From contig MU058540.1 in assembly GCA_013265495.1 (NCBI GenBank), positions 581,696 to 645,695 on the forward strand: a DNA stretch of 64,000 nt, in the 5' to 3' direction. The notes below the pieces were generated by a model, which searched no databases, had not been told where the DNA came from, and saw only the letters and a list, made by a program, of their open reading frames with translations. The translations under genes and the position numbers were made by a program. This stretch comes from Vicugna vicugna (taxonomy: Eukaryota). Of this stretch, positions 13,301-25,300 are shown piece after piece. The first letter of the stretch is position 1, and every line of letters begins with the position of its first letter.

Positions 13301-16300
13301 GGGGAGCACATGTAGGGGGCTAGTTCGGGGGCATTCCTGGGGTTGGCACCGCACACCCGTGATCCCTGGTGTCCCTTCGTGAAGGTTTGTCATCCAGCTG
13401 CTGGAGGACCTGGTGTTCTTTGTCAGTGACGTCCCCAACAATGGGCAGAATGTGTTGGACATCATGGTCACCAAGCCCAACCGGGAACGGCAGAAGCTGA
13501 TGAGGGAGCAGAACATCCTCAAACAGGTGCCTACCCTATGCACATGTGTCGGGGGTGGGCAGGCCGCGGGGAAGGGCCAGTGACCAGGGAACAGGTCACC
13601 TTTTTAATCTGTTTGCCTTTTCCCATCTCCGGCTGAGCTGCAGTCTCCTTGACATTTCTCATTGCTTCTCCTTTTTTTTTTTTTTTTAAAAAAAACCATG
13701 TGCCAGGCCTTGCCCTAAGTGCCCTACAGGAATCGACACATTTGATCCTCCCAACCTGGGGAGGTCCTATTATCCCCATTTTACCATAAGGAAACAGGGA
13801 CACACTGGTTGGAGTAACTTGACAAGAGTCCACAGCTCAGAAGCAGCAGGGCCAGTATGTGCACTCAGATGTCAGATCCAGAACTTGTGCTTTTAAAAAA
13901 ATTTTTTCTAAATTTTTAGTATGAAAAATTTTGAATATTGAGAAAATATTGAAAGAATACTACAACAAGAGCTGCCTGCATTCACTTGTTAACTTTTGCC
14001 AGTTTGGCTTTATGTAACTACATCTCCATATCCATCCTTCCATCCACGCGTTTCAAAAGAGGGTGCACCTCACCCCTAAATTTTTTCAACCCACTTCTCC
14101 TAAGAATAAAAGCACTGTTTTATAGAGCACAGAACCATTATCACACCTAAGGAAGTTAGCAGCAATACCCAGTCCATATCAAGTTTCTCTATTTTTCCTA
14201 AAATATCTTTAACAGAGGTTTTTTTACTTTTTTTTTTTTTTTAATGGCAGTACTAGGGATTGAACCCAGTATCTGGTACATGCTAAGCATGCACTTTACT
14301 GCTGAGCTATACCATTCCCTCCTAAATTGTCTTTTAAAGGTCTTTTTTTTTTTTTTTTTGGAGCCAGGATCCAGCTAAGATTTTCTCATTCCATTTGATT
14401 CTGGCTCTTTGGTGTCTGTTCTAGAAAAAGTTTTCACCCACACCTAGTTCCCACATTACACCTTTTTTTTGGACAAAGCAGGCCTGTGTCTCACATTGTA
14501 AGCTCTGGCCACACCGGCCTGGCCTGCCTTTTCTCTGGGCTTCAGACCCCTGAGCTGTGTGACCCTCGGCTCTTCCCCCAGAGGCTGAGCCAGGCCCAGG
14601 ATCAACTAGAATTCACGTGGGGGAGGAATGGGCAGGGTGAGGCCAGTGTCAGGATTCTGGACAGGAGAGGGAAGTGAGGGCTGGAACTGGAGCTGATTGG
14701 GGCGGGGGTCGGGGGGAGGACTGGGGTTATGGTCCAATGTAGTATCACCCCGGGGTTAATAGGGGGTGGCCTTGGGGCAGGGTCAGTTTGGGGCTTAGAA
14801 TTCCTGGGATAACTCCTCACTCTCCCTGGTCCCCTAGATCTTTGGCATTCTGAAGGCCCCATTCCGAGACAAGGGTGGGGAGGGCCCTCTGGTGCGGCTG
14901 GAGGAGCTGTCGGACCAGAAGAACGCCCCATACCAGCACATGTTCCGCCTGTGCTACCGTGTGCTGCGCCACTCCCAGGAGGACTACCGCAAGAACCAGG
15001 TGGGCCGCCACTGCCCTGGCCTGGTGCCCCCCTCACCTGCTGGCCGGCTCCCTCCCTCCCTCCCTCCCTCATGCTTTCATTCACTCAGCAGATATTTACT
15101 GAGGCTCACACACTGTGTGGCAGGCGCTGTTTTAGGCCCTGAGGATATGGTAGGGAACCACACAGTAGAGTCGTCCTCCCAGAGAACAGCCTGACTCTGC
15201 TGAGGGGTCTTGTGCTGGGTTTCATGCTCTGTGTTGCTGTCTTAAAATTTTTCATGTTTTGAACAAGAGTCCTGCTATTTCATTTTCACTGGGGCCCCCG
15301 AGGCCCCTTGCTCAAGGAGGTTTCACTCTGGTGGGAGACAGATGGTGAGCTAGGTAACTATTACATAAACCCACTCCTCTGCCCAGGGCTGGCTTCCTCT
15401 CCTGGACCCCTTACCTTCCTCAGGTCGGGGTCCCCTGCCGGTGTCTGGTCCCAGTCTGGAGTCCAGGGGCAGTGTTCTGCAGCAGAGCTAGGCTCCCCAT
15501 GACCCCCAGCCCGCCTGTCCCCCAGGAGCACATCGCCAAGCAGTTTGGGATGATGCAGTCCCAGATCGGCTATGACATCCTGGCTGAAGACACCATCACT
15601 GCCCTGCTGCACAACAACCGCAAGCTCCTGGAGAAGCACATCACCAAGACGGAGGTGGAGACCTTCGTCAGCCTGGTGCGGAAGAACCGGGAGCCCAGGT
15701 GGGCCCGCCCCTCCCCCGCCACACCCACTCCCTCCCCGCTCCCACTGCTGCCCAGGGAAGAAAGTCCCCATGCTGGCTGTTAAATACTGAAATCCTTCTG
15801 CACTTGTTGGTAAACTGCCACCTCTCTGAGGTCCTGCCAACCCCAAGCCCCTCCCTAGGTCCTGTCCCAAATTTGGAGGGTCGACTCCTGGTACAGTAGG
15901 AGGTGTCCAGACTCTTCTCTGGCGGCGAAGTCAGTGCCTGCATTGAACCAGTTAAATATTTGAAATATCATTCCTGTCCTTGTGCCTCCTTTACTCCGAC
16001 CCCCTGGACTCCCATGTAGCCAACCCCGCTGTGTGGTGGTGATGCCCGTAGGTTGTCCATCCCTGGGCATCTGGGAGTCGATACCAGATCTTTAAGCTTT
16101 AGGGAGGGAGCAGGAGCAGTAAACTCCAGGTTTCAGGGAGCCGATGCTGCCAGCTGCAGGAGCAGGAGGGTGGGCTTTGCCACCCCTGGGGGCTGTCTCT
16201 GAGCTCCCCCTCCACCTGCTGTCACCACCCCAGGTTCCTGGACTACCTCTCCGACCTGTGTGTGTCCAACCACATCGCCATCCCTGTCACCCAGGAGCTC

Positions 16301-19300
16301 ATCTGCAAGTGTGTGCTGGACCCCAAGAACAGCGACATCCTCATTCAGACCGAGTGAGCCGTCTGCACAGTCTCCCACCCACAGCTCAGCATCCCACACA
16401 GGGCTCCACCCTGCCCAGCTCCCCAGCCACCTTATAGCTGGGACCCTGTCTGGGTTCAGGCTGGAGCTGGCAACCCTGCTCTCTGCAGACATGTACCCAG
16501 TGCCTACTGTGTGCCTGGCACTGTGTGGGGAAGGGGGATGAGCCCAGGCCCCTGCCTTCCAGAAGCTCATGGTCTGTTTGAGGTCCCTCGCTGGTCCCTA
16601 GCAGGGGAGACAGCCTGGGAGCCTGACTGGCACCCGCCCAGCTCCAGAAGGGGAGGTCTGTGTGGCTGGGTGTGCTCATGCTCCTGAAGGGCTCTGGGCC
16701 TGGGGTCCTGCCCCAGACCCCGCTCCCAGTGATGGGGGTGCCATCGGTCTGCAGGCTTCGGCCCGTGAAGGAGATGGCGCAGTCCCACGAGTACCTGAGC
16801 ATCGAGTACTCAGAGGAGGAAGTGTGGCTGACTTGGACTGACCGGAACAACGAACACCATGAGAAGAGCGTGAGGCAGCTGGCCCAGGAGGCGCGGGCCG
16901 GCAATGCCCATGATGAGAATGTTCTCAGCTACTACAGGTGCCCTTCAGGGCTGCCCACACTCTGTGGCCTCCTCGGGGTCCTCAGCCAGGCACTGCCCAG
17001 AGATGAGCTCTGGCATTTTCGAGGGGGTTCCTACTTCCACTCACCGGCCAGGCGGCCTCCATCAGGGAGGCCAAGTGAAGGGCGACTATGAGGCCCAAGG
17101 AGCACTGGGTGGCCAAGGCCAGGCTCGTACAGTGACCAGGCCTGAGAGGGACCCACACTTGTCTCCATACATGTATATTTAAAAAATAAGAATATGAGAA
17201 CACTCATCAGATGCTCGCTTTCTCTCAGGCACTGGTCAAAACACTTTACCTGATCACTCATTTCAGCTTCAGGACAGCCCTGTGAAGTAAGGACTATCAG
17301 TCATTACCCTCATTGTAAGGTTGGGGAGACAGGCAGAGAGGTGAAGGAACTTGTCCAAGGTTACATGGCTGTAAGTCTGGAGCCACAGTCCAAACCCAGG
17401 CCGCTGGCCCTGGAGCCCATGGTAGGTAATGCAAGGACTCTGAGGGGGACACAGAGGGCATGACCCCATGCAGAACAAAGCTTCCTGCAGCTCTCATTTC
17501 TGTAGCTCTACCATCGAGGTTCCTGCACCTTTTCCCAGGCGCTCACCCCTCCTCTCTTCTCTCTCCCAGTCTTACCCTCAATCCCTTACCCCAGGAGGGT
17601 TCCTCTCACCAAACTCTTCCCCCGCCCTTCCCCTCCCAACCATCCCTCTTGCCATGAAGACCTGTTCTGACTGAGTCATAAAGCACCCTCCTCAGCAAGA
17701 TGGGGGAGAGCTGCCATCACTCATAATTCCAGACTGGGTTTCTGTTCACTTGTCTTATTCAGAATCGCATCCTTTGTTTTGTGTTCAGTGGCTGGTGCAC
17801 AGTTTAACCTAAGTCCCTTGCCACATCCTCGAGCCTGTGCTGGCAGCCTTCGTGAGCCCACCTATCATGTTCTCAACCTCCTCCCTGCCCTGTAGGTACC
17901 AGCTGAAGCTCTTTGCCCGCATGTGCCTGGACCGGCAGTACCTGGCCATTGATGAGATCTCCCAGCAGCTGGGCGTAGACCTGATCTTCCTGTGCATGGC
18001 CGACGAGATGCTGCCTTTTGACCTGCGCGCCTCCTTCTGCCACCTGATGTTGCACGTGCACGTGGACCGCGACCCCCAGGAGCTGGTCACACCCGTCAAG
18101 TTCGCCCGCCTCTGGACTGAGATCCCCACGGCCATCACCATCAAGGAGTGAGATGGGAGGAGGGTGAGCAGGGCAAGGCGGCAGGGAGGGAGAATCTCAG
18201 GGACCCTCACCCCCCACTGCCTTCATCTCTAGCTATGATTCCAACCTCAACGCCTCCCGAGATGACAAGAAGAACAAGTTTGCCAGCACCATGGAGTTTG
18301 TGGAGGACTACCTCAACAACGTGGTCAGCGAGGCCGTGCCCTTTGCCAACGAGGAAAAGAACAAGCTCACCTTCGAGGTGGGCTAGGGCTCAGTGAGGCG
18401 CTGGCTTGCTCTCTTCTCGGGCCTGCGTCATTTGCTTCCCTCAGTGTCGCCCGCCAGTGCAGGGAGACCCCGTAGACCACTGGGACTCTCCAAGATGGAG
18501 ACTCCTCTCATTGATGCTTGGGTGAGGGCTGCCTCCCCTTTGTCCACTCAGCCTGTCAGCCCAGGGCTGGATCGCAGGCCCTTGGCAGGAGCCACCCCCT
18601 ACTTCCTGCATTTCTGCCCTATCCTCCTCATAGTAGCCTCCTCTGCAGGCCTGTCTTCTTCAGTAACCCACTGGGGTCAGGCTACTCCTGACTGGGATCC
18701 TTGGTTCCATGTCCACACAGCCCAGACATCCTAAAGCCTTTCCCAAGGAATTTATTCCTCTTTACACCCGCTTTGCCTGGTTTCCGTGGCTGGCCTGACC
18801 CCACAGAGACACGCCCTCCACAAGACTGCGCCCTTCACAAACCCCACCCACCACGCTTTGGCCCTGCCCACACTCACTTCGGCCCCGCCCCCTTTCTGCA
18901 GGTGGTCAGCCTGGCGCACAATCTCATCTACTTTGGCTTCTACAGCTTCAGCGAGCTGCTGCGGCTCACACGCACACTGCTGGGCATCATTGACTGCGTG
19001 CAAGCCCCCCCAGCCATGCTGCAGGCCTACGAGGACTCAGGCGGTGAGGCTTTGCTCCACCCCGGCCATCCACCACCCACCACCCACTGTAGCGGTCCTC
19101 AGTCTTATCTTAGCACCGGAAGTCCTCTCTGATCAACCTTCCCATGCTGCCTGCCTCCTGGTTCTGCTGCATCAGGGGCGTCTTGGACCCCAGTCCCCTC
19201 CAGTCTTGGCTGGACCAGAGTAGTCCCCTGCTCAGGTGGTCTGGGCAAGTTGCCTTCCAGCACAGCCTGGTCCGGAGGGAGATAATGAGGCTCTGCTTGG

Positions 19301-22300
19301 GAAGCTCCCGGCCAGATCTGGAGACACACCCTGCTGTCAAAGAACAACCATCTGAGAGGAAACACAGCCCTGCTGTGTCAGTGTGAGGAGAAAGGGGCAG
19401 TCTGAGGGGATGAGTCACAGTCCTGCCCTCATGGACACCCGCTGGCAGCATAAACTCATCTAGACAAAAGTGCATAAAAGTGGTTTTTAGTGCTCTGCAC
19501 ACAGTGTCCCCTTGGCCCCTATGCTCTGCAGCAGCTCTCGTGACTTGCACAGGAGAATCCTCACTGATCTTCCCACACAGTTCACCTTTGCCCTGGCCCT
19601 CCCTTTTTTCCCAGATTTGGCTTAAGGCACACCTCCCCCAGGAGGCCTTCCTGAGTTAGCCTTGCCCCTTCCTTGCCCCTTTGCTATGCAGCTGATGGAG
19701 ATAGTCTGGGTGCTGCTTCTGTGCACCCTCTGTGACCCCCTTCTCCCCACTCTGTAGGCAAGAACGTGCGGCGGTCCATCCAGGGCATGGGGCACATGAT
19801 GTCCACCATGGTGCTGAGCCGCAAGCAGTCTGTCTTTGGTGCCCCCAGCCTGTCTGCTGGCGCAAGTGCCCCTGAGTCACTGGACAGAAGCAAGTTCGAG
19901 GAGAATGAAGACATTGTGGTGATGGAGACCAAACTGAAGATTCTGGAAATTTTGCAGGTGGCCGGGCCAGCAGCATGGTGGGAGGTTCTGGGAACAGCAG
20001 GAGGGTGGAGGCTGGTTCAGGAAAGTTAAGCAGGGTGAACCCCACTCAGGTCACAGTATCTGGTATGGAGAGGCCCCACAATGAGCTCTGTCTTGCCCAC
20101 TGGTTTTCAAAGTGTGGTCTTCAGCCTCACCTGGGAACTTAGAAATGGAGGTTCTTTGGCCCTGCCTGAGACTTGAGGATCAGAAACGCTGGAGGTGGGG
20201 CCCATAGTCTGTGCTGTGACAAGCCCTCCCGGTGATTCTGTTGTACGCTAAAGTCTAGCTCCATCCCCACATTGTACAGATGAGGAAAGGGAAGTGGGGG
20301 AGGGGACTCGCCCATGATCATACAGATTTTGAAGCAGAGCTAGAGATTTGAGAGCCCATTTCCTAGTGGGGTGGACACAGTCATCCCTCTTGGGGTTAAG
20401 ACTCCCCTGCAACACTTGGGGAAGGGGCTGCTAATGTCCAGAGGAGGGATAAGGACCCTGGCTTTTGCTGTCCTGCCACCAGGGGACAGGAAAGGTAATA
20501 CAGTGACCTCCATGGACAGCCAGTCTGGTCAGGGCCTGGTCAAGGGAGTCAGAAGAGGGGGCTTCTGACTCATTCTGGGGCTTTCTAGATCTGAGTCCTG
20601 GGTGTGGCCAGGGGCTCTGTACCCCATTCGAGGAGAGGATAGAGGCCATTCAGTGGTACCTGCAAACCCTGTGTCCTCACCCCCTACCTCATGGAGGCCT
20701 CTCCTGCTCCCCAACAGTCCTTGGTTCCCTCCTGCCCCCTGGGAGCCCCAGCGTCTTTTTGGCAGCGCAGGATAGGAGAAAAGAGTTGGCCTTTGGACCT
20801 GGGGTGCTTCCTTCCCTTTCCTGTTAGTGTCTAGCTGGGCAAGCGGGACTGAGTGGGCTGGGAGAGGGTCTCTGTCTCATTCTGAGAGGAAGTGCCATCC
20901 CCATGGCTGGGGCAGGAGCTGGGTGGAGGGCACTCGGGACCCCCCTGGGGAGAGTCTTGATGTGTTTGGTTGTGATGTCCCACAGCATCCCTGAACATCT
21001 GTGCTGAGTTCCCTGAGGGCCAGAGCTCGTTTAGGGTAGCCCCTCACCCCTCCTGGAGAAGGACTGGCCTCCTGGTTTCAGACCGGCCCTCACCCCATCC
21101 TCTCCCTCTTCTCCAGTTCATCCTCAATGTCCGCCTGGATTACCGCATCTCCTACCTGTTGTCTGTCTTCAAGAAGGAGTTTGTGGAGGTGTTTCCCATG
21201 CAGGACAGCGGGGCCGATGGCACGGCCCCTGCCTTCGACTCCACCAGTGAGCCCCCACCCCTGCCTTCAACTTGTCTTCAGGCTGAGGCTGTGTGACTCG
21301 CCCAGGGGTCCACAGCAGTGAGCTGCCACCTGGGGTCACCCCCGGCCAGCTCCCCAGCCCTGTCCATTTCCCAATCTGCAAGGACCTTTCCTCTCCATTA
21401 TCTCATTTAATTGCCCCAGTGAGGGGGGAAGGGTGGGGGTCAACCCCTCCATTTCCTAAATGGGGAAACAGCAGGCCCATCGAGGGGCAGGGACTTGACT
21501 GAGATCACAGCCAGAGGCTAAGCCAGACCAGCACCCTCAGCTCAGAACTCTGCTCGCCCCTGCAGGGCAGTGGGGCTGTTCCGGTCCCTGTCCTGGTTGG
21601 TTCCACCTCTGCCCCTGGAAAAGGCAGGCAACGGGGCTGCCACCTGGCCAGCATGGGGAAGGGAGTGGCTTGGGCTTCTCCTTGCTTCCTCTCCCCTGTG
21701 CTCCCATCTTTCCTGCACATGGAGCTGCCACCTGCCCCTCCCTTGCTCCCCACAGCTGCCAACATGAACCTGGATCGCATTGGGGAGCAGGCGGAGGCCA
21801 TGTTTGGAGTAGGGTGAGGACAAGGTTGATGGTGGGGGGTTATTGATGGGGTTGGGTGGGTGATGCAGGCTTGTAGACCCCCTCTAAGGTTGGTCTGGAT
21901 TTCCTGAGGCTGGGGGCTGGTCCCTCCCTCTTTGGTCATTGCCCCTGGAGACCCTTACCAGGCTCCAGGGTGGGGGTCCCCTGGCTTTGTGCTCTGATCC
22001 TCCTTTGCCTGCCTGGGCCCCAGTAATATAGGGGCTACTTGGGCCCCAGTGTGATCTTGGTCATCCCCCTGCCTCCACTCGGGGCGATCGTGCCGCTGTT
22101 TGAGTGTCAGGACTTGGGCAGGGTAGCTGGAGGGAGAGGAACGTCCCTGTGTCTTACAACAGGGAGGGCAGCCTGCTCTACAGGGGGCTAGAATTGAGGG
22201 GGAGTCACCTCAGGAGTTGGGGGCTCTTAACTATTTCTGTGCCATGCCCTTGGCATCTGGTGAAGCCTTTGGACCTCTCCTGGGAATGGTGTTTTTAAAT

Positions 22301-25300
22301 TTATAAAATAATGAACATACAATTAGAAAGGAAACTAATGGCACTGAGATGCAGTTATCAAAATATTGAAGAAAACAAATTTGAAGTGACAGTTATATAT
22401 GTGCCTCTTTGTTAATACGTTAAATAACAGGCTGTGCCTGGGCTGTAATTAGTACCATTACTTCAAAGTCGTGATGAATATAAACGATATTTTGCAATTT
22501 CTGTAGCAACTCTGAGGTGATGTGCAAACATCTGTGATTTTTATCGGTGACAAAGTCACAGGTACTACTAAATTTTTTCTCACTGAAGGAAATGCTACAT
22601 CCTGGCGAGAGGTGGGTAAAAATACAGTTTTTTTCTCCACCTCCATTCACGACCCCAGATTCTATCTGTGAATCCCTTGGGGGTGTCTGCGGGTCCCCTG
22701 TGAAGATTTCTTGCTTTGGTTTCTTAATCAAGGGGGGTCCTGCGGGACCTCAGTGGACATGGGAATCATTTGGGGTGCTCAGGGCAGTTGCTGTTTGCAA
22801 ACTGATGAGGAAATATCAGTATTTTGTTTTTAATGGAGGTGCTGAGGATTGAACCCAGGCCCTTGTGCATGCTAAGTACATGCTCTACCACTGAGCTATA
22901 CCCTCCCCCAAAGTCAGTGCTTTTACACAGTGTTATGCTGAGTGCTGTCACTGCTAAGTGGGTGGTAGGGAGCCTGCTGGCCCCCTGGGGTAGAAAGGAG
23001 GTGCCAACCGTGCCCGCTCCCTGCTACAGGAAGACGAGCAGCATGCTGGAGGTGGACGACGAGGGTGGCCGCATGTTCCTGCGCGTGCTCATCCACCTCA
23101 CCATGCACGACTACGCGCCACTGGTCTCGGGGGCCCTGCAGCTGCTCTTCAAGCACTTCAGCCAGCGCCAGGAGGCCATGCACACCTTCAAGCAGGTGCT
23201 GCCCCCGCCAGAGCACCTGGCCCTCAGGGAGCAGGGAGGAGGCTTGAGGGGCTTCCTGGGGACCAGAGGGCCACCTGACCTGGGCATTGAGCAGGCGGGC
23301 TACCTTGGCCACATTCTGGGCACTGAGGGAAAACCAGGATGGAGCAGTTCACAGCACGGGGGCAGCTTGAGATGCACGTCTGGGGTTTTTGGCCTGGCTG
23401 AGCTCCTTAAAGGTGGGAGCCGTGTCTTGGTCACCTTCCTCTCCTCTCAGCCTGGCTCAAGTTCTGTTATTTCTTATGATGCGGACAGTACTTTACAGTT
23501 TGCAAACTCTGTTGCATGCACCTTTGCTGTGTGCTTCAAATCATAACTGGCGTGTAGTCGGCCCTCACCAAAGGGACTGGTTTTGTTATTGTGATGTCAC
23601 GCGGCTGCAGTCTTGACAGCTCCCTCTGAGATGGGACTGGTGTTTAACGAGGGCTCACTGTGTGCCAGGTACTGAGTGTTAGACTTGCATCCATGGAATT
23701 CTCGAAGCAGCCCTGACAACGTGGTTTCTACTCTCATTCCCATCTTACAGTTGGGAGAAATTGAGGCCCAGGGAGCTTTCCTCCCTTACCCACTGACCCA
23801 GAGCGGGTAAGCTGGAGATAGTCAGGATTCAGGGATGCCAGGTTGCTTTGCCCTGCCCTGTTTGGGTTTTGGGTAAACAAGTGACAGGCCACAGTAGCAT
23901 GTGACACAAATCAGTGAGTAACTGAAGCAGGTGACAAGGCAGCTCATGGTTGTGGATGCAGGGAAATCTGTGGCCATCAGGGAAGGCTTTCTGGAGGCAG
24001 TGGTCTTAGAGAAGAGCCATAAACGTTGAGTAGGATCGGCTGGATGAAGTGGAGATGCTAGGAGCAGAGACAGCCCTGGACTTGTGAAGGTGCGGGGAGT
24101 CTCTACAAAGCAGTGGACCTGGAGGTGCCTGTCCCACCAGGTAAGCCCGTCCTTGACCTTCAGGTGCAGCTGCTGATCTCAGCCCAGGACGTGGAGAACT
24201 ACAAGGTGATCAAGTCAGAGCTGGACCGGCTGCGGACCATGGTGGAGAAGTCGGAGCTGTGGGTGGACAAGAAGGGCAGCGGCAAGGGCGAGGAGGTGGA
24301 GGCAGGTGCCGCCAAGGACAAGAAGCAGGTGAGTGGGGTGTGGGAGCTATGGCGGGGCTCCCTGTGAGGCTGGGCCTGGCTGACCCCCTCCCCTGTGCCC
24401 CCAGCGGCCCACTGATGAGGAGGGCTTTCTGCACCCGCCGGGGGAGAAGAGCAGTGAGAACTACCAGATCGTCAAGGGGGTGAGTGGACAGGGTCCCCGG
24501 GTGGGGTCTGCAGGCCTGTCTGCCCTGGAGGCCCCGGCCCGACCTCTTCCGCCTTACGCTCTGCTGGCCGCTGGCCCGCAAGATAACTTCCAGCTTTCCC
24601 TAAGTGTTTGGAACAACTCTGCCAAGGTCCAGATGGAATTATTTTAAAGCTGAAAGAATTTAATGAAACTCCATTTCACAGTCATATTGTTCTATTTACT
24701 TTTATGGGTGGAATCAGGCTTTTAGGGCTTCCCGGCCTTGTGGCAGTGATCCAACCCAGCAGCCACGCCTTTTCCCTCTCTGTCCCCGGTGTGAGCTGGG
24801 ATTCAGCTCTGGTTGGCAGGGGACGCAAACCCACTGGTGGGGTGGGCCGGGCAGTGGGAGAAGCTTGAGGAAGTGGGAAGGGGCTCTCGGCTCACCCTCC
24901 CCTCCCCTCCCCTCCCCCAGATCCTGGAGCGGCTGAACAAGATGTGCGGTGTCGGGGAGCAGATGAGAAAGAAACAGCAGCGGCTGCTCAAGAACATGGA
25001 TGCCCACAAGGTCATGCTGGACCTGCTGCAGATCCCCTACGACAAGGTGACCCCTGACTTCTGATCTCTGACTCCCCTGGGCATTTCACCCCAAATCCTG
25101 ACCTTACCCAAACACTAACCCCTAAAGCTGACCTGACCCAGCCTCGCCCTGACCTTTCATCTTGGCCAGCCCCAGATACCTTGACCCCTGAATCCAGTCT
25201 TAGTATCATCTTGATCTTTGACCTTCTCTCCCTCACCCCGATCCACTTTGACCTTGAATTGACTCCAGCCTCACCCTGATTCTTGACCCTGACCCCAGCT

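Noticed and set aside
22840..22909. tRNA gene-like sequence with A and B boxes
   Set aside because: It has an A-rich tail and several dispersed diverged copies, so it is a SINE rather than a tRNA gene.
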